Below are positions 19,656-28,732 of a DNA stretch of 64,000 bases, one piece after another. This DNA is from Candidatus Micrarchaeia archaeon (lineage in GTDB: Archaea; Micrarchaeota; Micrarchaeia; CAILAH01), in NCBI GenBank assembly GCA_038874595.1, contig JAVZCB010000004.1, positions 1 to 64,000 of the forward strand, in the 5' to 3' direction. The notes under the pieces are model-generated. The model had not been told where the DNA came from, did no database searches, and saw only the letters and a list, made by a program, of their open reading frames with translations. The position numbers were made by a program, and so were the translations under genes. Each line of letters opens with the position of its first letter. The stretch's first letter is position 1.

Positions 19656-20764
19656 ACCCCAAGCTTCTCCCTAAACAACGCGCCGAAATATTCAACAGTG
19701 TAATTCCTAAAAAGCTTTTTGGGGTTTCTTGCCCATTGGTTTACTTCATCCCACAAAACTTCAAGGCCCCCTTCGCCATATGTATTCATCAATTCAGGAT
19801 ATACCTGCAAAGAGGGAGGCAAATAATCATAGGTACCCCTTTCCACATAAACGCTCTTAGAAAACTTAGCACCGGACCAGTCCTCTATGATGGGAGTATA
19901 GATTCTAGTGGGCAAATCACTAGCATTGTATCCCCATATACCCAATACGTGGTTCATTAGCTCACCCATTCCTACCCAATCACCGCCATCAACCATTACA
20001 TTAAGCGCATTTGAAAGTTTTGCGTCACTTACAAATAACCTTTCCTTGATAGCGTTTCGTATGGGCGTGTTGAAGTCAACAAATTCGGTATTACTAGAGG
20101 TTACATTGATTTCATATCTGCCGTGGTCAAAGCATTCCATGCTTAGTTTCAATAAGTCCCGCCTTAATTCTTCAATCCTTAGGGTCTTTGCATCTTCATC
20201 CATAAACTTACAAACATTGCAGGGAAATCTTACCCTTAAATTAGCCTCACCGGGGTTTAAAATGGGAAGGAATTTCTGAGAATCATTAAAGATTCTCAAA
20301 AGAGATTCCCTAACAAAGGGCATCCCTTGGAATTCCGCATACGAAATTATCTTGTAATCAACACCTGATTTATTAGAAAGCCAACCCATAAATTCCTTAA
20401 AGGAGCGCATATATATCTCCAATTTAGTCGAGTTATCCATAGGGGTGTCACACAGCATCAGCTGGTACACAATACCGTTCTTGCTTATCTTGTAACCTGG
20501 CGCGTTTTCAAGCTGCTCAAAAAGAATGTATACAGGCAAGTCAAAACTTTCCCGGAGAAACTTGGATAATGTGAATACCATCATTAAACTTGTCATGGTA
20601 CCTAAATGTGGATGGCCATTGGGCTGGAAAGAAAAATGAATATGGACTCGCTCTTTGTCTTTGAGCCGCCACTTAAAATATTCTTTCATGTCCTTGTTTA
20701 TGTGCGCTATAACAACAGGAGGATAAATAACCTCGGATAAGATTCTTTTTTGCATATCACCCAT
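19652..20764 (-). CDS. Class I lysyl-tRNA synthetase-like catalytic-domain paralog lacking the anticodon-binding domain
   Basis: HIGH-like QPNGHPHLGT, Zn-ribbon CNVC...CFDHG, GGDW, KMSKS-like SGAKFSKS; only ~65 residues follow KFSKS. Confidence 0.75.
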   Translation of the reverse strand: MGDMQKRILSEVIYPPVVIAHINKDMKEYFKWRLKDKERVHIHFSFQPNGHPHLGTMTSLMMVFTLSKFLRESFDLPVYILFEQLENAPGYKISKNGIVYQLMLCDTPMDNSTKLEIYMRSFKEFMGWLSNKSGVDYKIISYAEFQGMPFVRESLLRIFNDSQKFLPILNPGEANLRVRFPCNVCKFMDEDAKTLRIEELRRDLLKLSMECFDHGRYEINVTSSNTEFVDFNTPIRNAIKERLFVSDAKLSNALNVMVDGGDWVGMGELMNHVLGIWGYNASDLPTRIYTPIIEDWSGAKFSKSVYVERGTYDYLPPSLQVYPELMNTYGEGGLEVLWDEVNQWARNPKKLFRNYTVEYFGALFREKLGV

Positions 20765-20832
20765 CTAAAAAAACAGATTAATAAACATTGTTATATATCA
20801 CCAAATCGGTTATAAGAGCAAGAAAAAGCTTA

Positions 20833-21219
20833 CTACCTTGTTACAGGAATCTCCAAAAATAGCTGGCCTGTCAGTGTTTTTTGCTTTTGACCTGGTTTCA
20901 TTAGCGCCTCATCCAGCACCTTCATCTTCTCATCAAGCGCATAAACCATTATGGGAAAATTTACATTTGACATTGTAAATGTAACTGTTGTGGGTGAGTT
21001 AAAAACGAAAAGCATCGCCTCATTCTTGTTTAAGTCTTTTGGGTCGCGAAACATGTATCCGAATGCACGCGAGAAGAAATTATCTGCAACATATGCGTTA
21101 TATCTCCTGCCATTGATTGATACTTGCTTGGTTCTACGATATGGCCCAAAAAAATAAACCAGCGGGAATAGAAGAAAAACAAGAAAACTATCTGTAAATC
21201 CCCTGTCCCTCAATCGCAT
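20833..21219 (-). CDS. DUF192 domain protein with N-terminal TM anchor
   Basis: VADNFFSRAFGYMFR, AMLFVF, FTM.NV.FP, LEIP. Confidence 0.8.
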   Translation of the reverse strand: MRLRDRGFTDSFLVFLLFPLVYFFGPYRRTKQVSINGRRYNAYVADNFFSRAFGYMFRDPKDLNKNEAMLFVFNSPTTVTFTMSNVNFPIMVYALDEKMKVLDEALMKPGQKQKTLTGQLFLEIPVTR

Positions 21220-21232
21220 AACTATATCACGC

Positions 21233-21793
21233 TTATTTTGATAATTGGTTCTTAAGAGTTGATATATCTAAAAGGTATTTATCCGCAATTTCTTTCCTTG
21301 GGTCGTTTTTGTTTTTTGAGATTTCCATTAGAATACCAATAAGTTTTTCATAGTCTACGGTATACAAGGGTGAAAGTGGTCCCTCATTCTCTTCTGGAGG
21401 GAATTTTCGTATCATATGGTAAAGCAGCTCGCATCCAGCCCTAAATGTTCCTGCATCTTTGGAACTAAGATTGTTACTAATCGTAGATTCCATCGTTTGT
21501 GCCAAATTTATGTTTTTTGAGTACATCTTAAGCATCAGGCCTATCGCCACAGGCGCGCGTTCACTGTCATCTACGTATTTTTTGAGATACTCGTTTAGCA
21601 TTGTGAAGCCTGCCATACCTGAGCCAACAAGCTGGTCCTTAAACGCCGTTGCCTCTTTGTCTTTGCTCCTTACATTAGCCATTGTTAAGTATTTCTCACA
21701 ATTCTCCATTGTGATTGCGTATTGAGTGTTCTTTGCCGGCACCACTGAAAGGTTCTTCTTGTTATTTTCCTGAGCAAACGTGCTGCTGCTCAT
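21233..21793 (-). CDS. Hypothetical alpha-helical protein
   Basis: ATG 21793 has a GAGGTGG RBS; helical, possibly HEAT-like. Confidence 0.65.
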   Translation of the reverse strand: MSSSTFAQENNKKNLSVVPAKNTQYAITMENCEKYLTMANVRSKDKEATAFKDQLVGSGMAGFTMLNEYLKKYVDDSERAPVAIGLMLKMYSKNINLAQTMESTISNNLSSKDAGTFRAGCELLYHMIRKFPPEENEGPLSPLYTVDYEKLIGILMEISKNKNDPRKEIADKYLLDISTLKNQLSK

Positions 21794-21907
21794 ATCAATC
21801 CACCTCTCGCTTTTTGGCTTGGAATCACAAAACTGCATATGCACGCACGCCAAACCCATAACAGCCAACTTGCAAACTCCCCTAATCTTATGCTTATACA
21901 CACATCA

Positions 21908-23212
21908 TCACTCTCCAAACGCATCATCAACTGAAGTCTCATTATGATGAATAAGATGGCTTCCTTTGTATGCCTTTTCAATTTCTTCAAGGTATTTAGG
22001 TAATTTTCTAATATTTTTGGCAAAAGCTTTTCCAGCACCTAGGGTTGCTGCGTACGCTTCACTTGCGCCTATCGCACCCCCGAAAAGTGCACCTATACCT
22101 AACAAAGTTACATATTTGCCTGCAGTGCCCACCCTTCCAAACACTGCATCAAGCCCAAGCTGCGCACCAGCTTCTGAAACTCCACCGGTAAGCATACCAC
22201 CAATCGCGTGGCTACCAACATATTCCGATACTACAGGTGTTAATGTACCTACTGCAAAAATCGATAATACCATCACACCTGCATTAATCGCTCTGGTCTC
22301 GCGTGTTTCGCGAGCCCGTATCCCCTCCATATTAAGAGCTATAAATGCAGAAATATTTTTTGCATCATTATATGTTATCTCTTCACCATCGGCAATTTTC
22401 TTAAGTGACTTTTCCGCAGCAAACCAGAGGTTTGTCGCTTTCGCAACTTCTGCCTGGTCAACACCGTGCCACATCCGCACCATACTGATGAAATCCGTAT
22501 CCTTCAGGAAATTCTTGGCAACATATGAATTAGCATCTTTTATGCTTGCAATGACCTGCTCCGCAGATGCCCCTGAAGATGCTGTCTTAAACAGCTTATC
22601 ACGCGCATCCTTAAACGTGCCGGCAACCTTGTTCAGGTACTCCTTCGAGTCCTTGCTCTCATCAAGCGATGCGCGAACCGCCACATTAAGCCTTGTAATC
22701 TCAAACTGCAACGCGGCCGTTAATGCCGCACACTTTGCAACGTATTCGTTCTCGTTTAGCTTTCCATCTTTGAACTGCTGTGTTATTTCCTTGAAGGTCT
22801 TGCTTGCATCAGATACAAACTTCTGCGATTCATCAAAGAGGGGCAAGCACTTGTTACGCTCATCAACCTTCTTTAGATAAGTAGAGTCCATTGTTTGTGC
22901 AAGCTCCGTGTTGGCTTTAACGAACCGTGCTTTCATTGAAAATGCAGTATCTATAATACCATTAACCTTTGCACCCATCTGTTTGGCAACTTCTTCCCTG
23001 CGCTCCTGTGCTTTCATTGCAGCTTCAATCTTGCTCTTGCCCTCTGGAGTGCTTATATAATGTGAAAATGCAGCATTTATAATCTCACGTTTCTGGGCAG
23101 GTGTTTTTGCAAGTGCCCCCTCATACACCTTGTATAACTCTTCAGGCTTTGCAATCTTGAACTGCTCAAATGCTTTCTTGTATTCTGGTGTTTGTTTGTA
23201 AGCTTCTGGCAT
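21908..23212 (-). CDS. Hypothetical helical protein with a C-terminal Gly-rich hydrophobic region
   Basis: Long K/E/A-rich helical region followed by GxxxG-rich hydrophobic segments; no signal peptide. Confidence 0.75.
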   Translation of the reverse strand: MPEAYKQTPEYKKAFEQFKIAKPEELYKVYEGALAKTPAQKREIINAAFSHYISTPEGKSKIEAAMKAQERREEVAKQMGAKVNGIIDTAFSMKARFVKANTELAQTMDSTYLKKVDERNKCLPLFDESQKFVSDASKTFKEITQQFKDGKLNENEYVAKCAALTAALQFEITRLNVAVRASLDESKDSKEYLNKVAGTFKDARDKLFKTASSGASAEQVIASIKDANSYVAKNFLKDTDFISMVRMWHGVDQAEVAKATNLWFAAEKSLKKIADGEEITYNDAKNISAFIALNMEGIRARETRETRAINAGVMVLSIFAVGTLTPVVSEYVGSHAIGGMLTGGVSEAGAQLGLDAVFGRVGTAGKYVTLLGIGALFGGAIGASEAYAATLGAGKAFAKNIRKLPKYLEEIEKAYKGSHLIHHNETSVDDAFGE

Positions 23213-23407
23213 GTGCACCAGTAGAATATTGCCTTCTTTTTAATTTAAACCTTACCACAGGCAAGCTCTGTGAAAATCCTCAATATACAAGCATAAAACC
23301 AAATTACTGTGGGCTGGGTTTGGCACTGTTGCGGCGTAAAGCAAAAGCTGCAAGGCGTACAGTATCTACACCGCTCACAGAAAAAAGTTATATCCAATGC
23401 CCCAATC

Positions 23408-23929
23408 TCATATTTCCGGAATGATTGAGCTGAAACTGGATTTCAGCCTTGACTGTGTTGCGAGGTCCTCAATAGAGGAAAGTATTGAATGTATGTAATC
23501 TATTGCATACGGCTTATCGCGCGAGATTGCATCCAATAAATCACGCCTCTCTGCATCTAACCTCCCCTGCATAAAATGCACCATCGCCTCAATCACATCA
23601 AGCATTGCAACCATCTTGGAGTCATCATTAAATTTTGCACGCATTTCATCAAGCACTGCGGCGGCACGGTCGTAATCATCAAGCGCTATGTAAGAAAGCA
23701 CTGCATATATGCGGAGCTCGAGTGGGGTGCTTGGTTGGTCAAGAATCTTTATGCAATCGTTATGCTCGCCTTCAAAAAACCTATAAACACCATAGTATGG
23801 GCGATTCAGGTCGGTTAACTTATACCAATAAAGCCAGCGCGAGAACTGTAGCTTAAACTCACTCATGTTTCCATTCTGGAGTGCTGCACGGCACTTCTGC
23901 TCATATGCTTGCTCCGACTCCTTCGGCAT
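23408..23929 (-). CDS. Hypothetical TPR-like protein
   Basis: 173 aa helical-repeat pattern directly downstream of thrS. Confidence 0.6.
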   Translation of the reverse strand: MPKESEQAYEQKCRAALQNGNMSEFKLQFSRWLYWYKLTDLNRPYYGVYRFFEGEHNDCIKILDQPSTPLELRIYAVLSYIALDDYDRAAAVLDEMRAKFNDDSKMVAMLDVIEAMVHFMQGRLDAERRDLLDAISRDKPYAIDYIHSILSSIEDLATQSRLKSSFSSIIPEI

Positions 23930-23962
23930 GATACAACCTTGCTAATCAAAATAATGCTTAGA

Positions 23963-25819
23963 TTAGATGAATGCAAACCTTTTGCTCAACTCACGCGGCA
24001 GTGAAAGCTCCTCAAACGGGTACCCTGCGGTCTTCTCTGTTATCTCGGTAACCACCTCATCAGAATTAACTGTATACTGACCCTTATCACCGCGTTTCCT
24101 CACTGTTACCGTGCCTTTTGCAGCCTCCTCCTTGCCCACAACCACAATGTATGGCACCCATTCCTTCTCAGCTTCCCTGATGCGCTTACCGAGGCTTTCG
24201 TTGCGGTCATCTAAATCAACACGCACTTTTCCCTTCATTTTATGCATAATTGCACGTGCATAATCAAGCTGGTCCTCAGAAACTGGAATTATACGAACCT
24301 GGGTAGGCGCAAGCCATAACGGATATTTAGGTATCCCACCCTGGGATCTTATCATGCCCTGTTTCTCGAGGATTGCATACACCTGTCTCTCAACCGCACC
24401 GCTCACACTTGCGTGGAGTATGTACGGCCTCTTGCGCGTGCCATCCTGTGCAACGTAGGAAATGTCAAACCGCTCGGCATTCTCAACATCAATCTGCACT
24501 GTAGAGAGAGCCGTGCACTTGTCAAGCGAGTCAACGACATTGAACTCAAACTTTGTAATGAAGTATGCATACCTGCGGTCAAACATCTCAACGAGCATCG
24601 GCTTCCCGATTTTCTTGGCAATCTGTGCATACCACTCCTTGTTCTGCTCGTACCATTCAGAAAGTATCCTGAATGCAACTTCATAATCACACTCGATATC
24701 TGACATCATCTTTTGCGAGATTTCCATCTGCTTAAAGAAGTCTTTTTTCGCCTGCTCCAAATCTGCAGTTAAGGTGTGCATATCTGGCATTGTGAACGCG
24801 CGCAGCCTGCGCAGGCCTGCAACCTCACCACTCTGCTCTCTCCTGAAGCTGTACCTGGTAAGCTCAAATATTCTTAATGGGAGAGATTTGTATGAAAAAG
24901 TGGATGAGCTTGCTATGAGGAACTGGCCAAAGCACGCTGCAAACCTGAGGAAAAACTTCTTCTTGTCTGATGTAACAACATACTGCCGTGACGGGAACCT
25001 GTTGAGATATTTCTCAAGCGCAGGGTGCTGGAAATCATACATCAACGGCGTCTCAACCTCGACCGCACCTTCATTGATACAGGTGTTTGTAACGTGGCGC
25101 TCCAGGAGCTTCTTCATTAGGCGGCCTTTTGGCAGCCAGCGCAGGTTGCCGACATCACTCCCCGGCTCTGGCTGGACAAGCTCGTGCTCTTTCATCAGGA
25201 TTATATGCTCAGGGTCGCGCTCATACACACGGCTTTTCTTTATCTCATAATTGGCAAACACCTGCAAGTTCCTATGCTTTGAGAAATCAAACTTCTCAAC
25301 AGGTGTAAGCATGCCGTCAGGTGTCATGATGAAGAACTGGCTTTTTGTCTGTGATTCCTGGACAAGCGATTGCGATACGAGTTCGCCGCCTTCCTTGACA
25401 TCCTTCTCGCCAATCCTCTTTGAAAGCTCGCTGAGGGGATGGCCCTTAACCTTTAGTTCAAAGGATTTGTACCACCCAAACGGTGCCCTGCCAACAGCAA
25501 ACCCCTTTAGCTGAAGGGCGCTTTGCAACGATTTGGTAAGCTCAAGTGCAACTGATGGGGTTGCGGGCTTATCTGTAAGATGCACGTACGGGTAAACTAG
25601 TATGTTCTGTGTGTTAACCTTGTGCGCGTGCTCTTCTATAAGGTTGGCCATCGCATTAACAACCTGCTCTGAATCCCCCTCCTCAACGGAAACGAATGGG
25701 ACAAGCGCCTCCTTTATGTGGATTTCCTTCATATCTTCAGTTAGTTGCTCTGCGCTTTCTATCGCTTTCTCGACCGGCCTCACCTTTATATAATCAACAT
25801 GTAATGCCAGCGTTATCAT
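23963..25819 (-). CDS. thrS: Threonine--tRNA ligase, archaeal type with N-terminal editing domain
   Basis: VYPYVHL and APFGWYK editing domain; LRFAACFG, FRREQSGE, FTMPDMH; anticodon domain. Start trimmed to MITLALH. Confidence 0.96.
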   Translation of the reverse strand: MITLALHVDYIKVRPVEKAIESAEQLTEDMKEIHIKEALVPFVSVEEGDSEQVVNAMANLIEEHAHKVNTQNILVYPYVHLTDKPATPSVALELTKSLQSALQLKGFAVGRAPFGWYKSFELKVKGHPLSELSKRIGEKDVKEGGELVSQSLVQESQTKSQFFIMTPDGMLTPVEKFDFSKHRNLQVFANYEIKKSRVYERDPEHIILMKEHELVQPEPGSDVGNLRWLPKGRLMKKLLERHVTNTCINEGAVEVETPLMYDFQHPALEKYLNRFPSRQYVVTSDKKKFFLRFAACFGQFLIASSSTFSYKSLPLRIFELTRYSFRREQSGEVAGLRRLRAFTMPDMHTLTADLEQAKKDFFKQMEISQKMMSDIECDYEVAFRILSEWYEQNKEWYAQIAKKIGKPMLVEMFDRRYAYFITKFEFNVVDSLDKCTALSTVQIDVENAERFDISYVAQDGTRKRPYILHASVSGAVERQVYAILEKQGMIRSQGGIPKYPLWLAPTQVRIIPVSEDQLDYARAIMHKMKGKVRVDLDDRNESLGKRIREAEKEWVPYIVVVGKEEAAKGTVTVRKRGDKGQYTVNSDEVVTEITEKTAGYPFEELSLPRELSKRFAFI

Positions 25820-25899
25820 AAGACTACCTCTATTACGCGTTGGATATTCTACCCGAATAAAGTTAATAAATATCAGCACAATAATTAAAGCGGAATAAG

Positions 25900-27513
25900 A
25901 TGCCAACGACAAGCAACGACCCTAAGGAGTATTACTACCGTGGCAATGATTACTACGAGAAGGGGAGCTATGATAAGGCTATTGAGAATTATAACACTGC
26001 TATAATACTTAACCCAAACTTCCCGGAAGCGTATTTCAACAGGGGGCTGTGCTATTATAACAAGAAAGAGTATGACAAGGCAATCAAGGATTATACACAG
26101 GCGGCAAACCTTGACCCTGACAACCCAGTCATTTATAATAACAGGGGAGATGCGCATTACAGGAAACAGGAGTACGATAAGGCAATAATGGATTATGATA
26201 AGGCAATCATGCTCAACAGTAGCTACCTGAAAGCGTATTACAACCGCGGGCTTGCTTACGCTGTGCTTGAGGATTATGACAAGGCGGTTGAGGATTTCAC
26301 AAAGGTGATTGAGCTTGACCCTGATTTTGCAGAAGCGTACTATGTGCGCGGGCTTGCTTACGAGTATCTAAACAATTATGATAAAGCTATTGAGGATTAC
26401 CAAAAAGCACTTGGCCTAAACCCAGACCTGCAGGAGGCAGCGTCACACCTGGAAGCTGTGAAAAACAAGAAAGAAGGTGGTGGGGAAGGTGGTGAAGGGT
26501 CAAGCAAGGTTGATAGTGTAAAGCTTGTGCAGAGGCCGAGCGTGAACTTCTCGCACGTTGCCGGCATGAAAAAGGTAAAGGACTCATTCCTCGATTATAT
26601 CGTAAGGCCGCTACAAAACCCAGAGTTGGCAAGGAAATACGGCAAGCTTGGTGGCGGTGGGCTCCTCCTATACGGGCCGCCCGGGTGCGGTAAGACGTTC
26701 ATTGTCAAGGCGGCTGCGGGTGAGAGCGGTGTGGCGTTCATCAACGCAAAGCTGAGCGACCTCCTTGACATGTATGTTGGTAACACTGAAAAGAATATAC
26801 ATAAAGTGTTTGAGGCTGCAAGAAAGAATGCTCCCTCGATATTATTCATAGATGAGCTGGAAGCGCTCGGAGGCAGAAGGGAAAAGATGGACCAGAGCGC
26901 AACACGTTCTGCAATCAACCAGTTGCTTTATGAGATGGACGGTGTGGAGGCACATAACGAGAATGTGCTTGTTATAGGCGCGACCAACTCGCCGTGGTCT
27001 GTTGATACTGCACTGAGGAGGTCAGGAAGGTTCAGCAAGATGATTTACATTCCCGAGCCGGACGGTGCATCGCGTGCTGACCTCTTCAAGATATACCTGG
27101 CGAAGAGACCGCTCGCAAAAGGTATACAGTACGGTAGGCTCGGGAGGGCAACTGCGGGGTATTCCGCTGCGGATATTAAGCAGATTTGTGATGATGCAGC
27201 AGCAATCCCTTGGAAGGAGGCTTTCCTCACCGGTAAGGAGAGGCCTATCATGATGAAAGACCTGCTTAAAGTTATCAGGTCGAGCAAATCAACACTGCCT
27301 CCGTGGTATGCATCTGCAAATACAGAGATTGGAAAACAGAAGGAAGTTGAGATTATTGATGGCAAGAAGCACGTCAGGGAGAAGGAGAGCAAGCTGGGGC
27401 CTGAAGAGCAGCAGCAGTTCAGGGAATTGCTTGATGTAATTAAGCGAAGAAACCAGTGGTGGAATAAAGGACTAACCTGGCTGTGGCGCCAGATTGCTAT
27501 TTGGATAATATGA
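25900..27513 (+). CDS. TPR-repeat AAA+ ATPase (classic AAA clade)
   Basis: About five canonical TPRs, Gly linker, Walker A GPPGCGKT, Walker B LFIDE, SRH ALRRSGRF. Confidence 0.9.
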   Translation: MPTTSNDPKEYYYRGNDYYEKGSYDKAIENYNTAIILNPNFPEAYFNRGLCYYNKKEYDKAIKDYTQAANLDPDNPVIYNNRGDAHYRKQEYDKAIMDYDKAIMLNSSYLKAYYNRGLAYAVLEDYDKAVEDFTKVIELDPDFAEAYYVRGLAYEYLNNYDKAIEDYQKALGLNPDLQEAASHLEAVKNKKEGGGEGGEGSSKVDSVKLVQRPSVNFSHVAGMKKVKDSFLDYIVRPLQNPELARKYGKLGGGGLLLYGPPGCGKTFIVKAAAGESGVAFINAKLSDLLDMYVGNTEKNIHKVFEAARKNAPSILFIDELEALGGRREKMDQSATRSAINQLLYEMDGVEAHNENVLVIGATNSPWSVDTALRRSGRFSKMIYIPEPDGASRADLFKIYLAKRPLAKGIQYGRLGRATAGYSAADIKQICDDAAAIPWKEAFLTGKERPIMMKDLLKVIRSSKSTLPPWYASANTEIGKQKEVEIIDGKKHVREKESKLGPEEQQQFRELLDVIKRRNQWWNKGLTWLWRQIAIWII

Positions 27514-27538
27514 TAATCAAAATGCGTGAGGTTTTTGT

Positions 27539-28732
27539 ATGGCAAATATACACTATCGCCTAGGCCGTAGTATAAATGAGAATTATCTTGAGATAGCTGA
27601 GAGGAAAGGGTTGGGGCACCCGGACACTATAATAGATGGGATTATGGAGGAAATCAGCCGGGAGCTGTGCAAGGAGTATATCAAGGAGTTTGGGGTTATA
27701 TTGCATCATAATGTTGATAAGGGGCTTATTGTAGGTGGTGAGGCGCGTGCGGCGTTTGGGGGCGGTGAGATAAAGAAACCTGCCGAGATATACCTTGCAG
27801 GAAGAGCCGTATACGAAGCTGCCGGTAAGGAAATTAACGTTGAAGGTATTGCAATGGAGACGGCGCGCAAGTACCTGGAGGATAATTTCAGGCATCTGGA
27901 TGTTGATAAGGATGTTGTGCTAATCCCAAAAATCCGCGAAGGGTCCGCTGACCTGATAAGCGTGTTTGAAAGCAAAGCCAAGGTACCGCTTGCAAATGAT
28001 ACAAGCTTTGGGTGCGGGTTTGCACCGTACAGTGTGCTTGAGGGTATCGTGCTCGAAGTTGAAAAACATCTCAACTCAAAGCAGTATAAGGAAACACACC
28101 CGTTTCTGGGAGAGGATATAAAAGTGATGGGATTTAGAGAGGGAGAACGTATCAAGATAACTGTTGCGGCTGCATTTGTTGCAGCACACGTGTCTGATAT
28201 GAGGGATTATATTGAGAAGAAAGAGGATGTGATGGAAGATATAATGAAATTTGCATCAAAGATTTATGATGGTGATCTTGAAGTATTCCTGAACACTGCT
28301 GATGACTACACGAATAACTCAGTATATATAACAAAAACCGGGCTGAGCATGGAGGCAGGTGATGATGGTGAAGTGGGGAGAGGGAACAGGAGCAGCGGGC
28401 TCATAACTCCTTACAGGAGAATGTCGCTTGAAGCCGCGGCGGGCAAAAACCCTGTAAATCACGTGGGAAAGATATACAACGTGCTCGCAAATGAGATTAC
28501 AAAGGATATTGTCAGCCAGTTTGATTTTGTTGATGCTGCAACCTTTACGATTGTATCACAGATTGGCAGGCCCATAAATATGCCAAAAGGTGCTGATTTG
28601 GAAGTTGTGCTGTCAAAGGGGTACTCGCTTGAAGATGTAAAACCAAAGATTGCATATGTCGTTGATGGCTGGATGGAAAACATAACCGAGATAACAACCA
28701 GGATAATATACGGCAGGGCGCGGGTGTTCTAG
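27539..28732 (+). CDS. mat: S-adenosylmethionine synthetase, archaeal type
   Basis: ERKGLGHPD, HHNVDK, ANDTSFG, GEDIKVMG, GRGNR, AGKNPVNHVGKIYN. Confidence 0.95.
   Translation: MANIHYRLGRSINENYLEIAERKGLGHPDTIIDGIMEEISRELCKEYIKEFGVILHHNVDKGLIVGGEARAAFGGGEIKKPAEIYLAGRAVYEAAGKEINVEGIAMETARKYLEDNFRHLDVDKDVVLIPKIREGSADLISVFESKAKVPLANDTSFGCGFAPYSVLEGIVLEVEKHLNSKQYKETHPFLGEDIKVMGFREGERIKITVAAAFVAAHVSDMRDYIEKKEDVMEDIMKFASKIYDGDLEVFLNTADDYTNNSVYITKTGLSMEAGDDGEVGRGNRSSGLITPYRRMSLEAAAGKNPVNHVGKIYNVLANEITKDIVSQFDFVDAATFTIVSQIGRPINMPKGADLEVVLSKGYSLEDVKPKIAYVVDGWMENITEITTRIIYGRARVF

Noticed and set aside
19652-20764. Calling this the housekeeping lysS
   Set aside because: Too short, lacks the C-terminal anticodon-binding domain, and sits in an accessory ASCH operon.
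21966-22880. 304-aa plus-strand ORF and similar long antisense ORFs (e.g. 4940-5530, 57488-58210, 60554-61351)
   Set aside because: Fully antisense to better-supported genes; their Ser/Phe/Leu-rich composition is what the reverse complement of K/E-rich coding sequence produces.
25820-25912. Hydrophobic N-terminal extension on ThrRS
   Set aside because: Overlaps the divergent TPR-AAA start and promoter; archaeal ThrRS homology begins at MITLALH (25819). Similar over-extended starts were trimmed for priL, hsp20, nreA and ychF.
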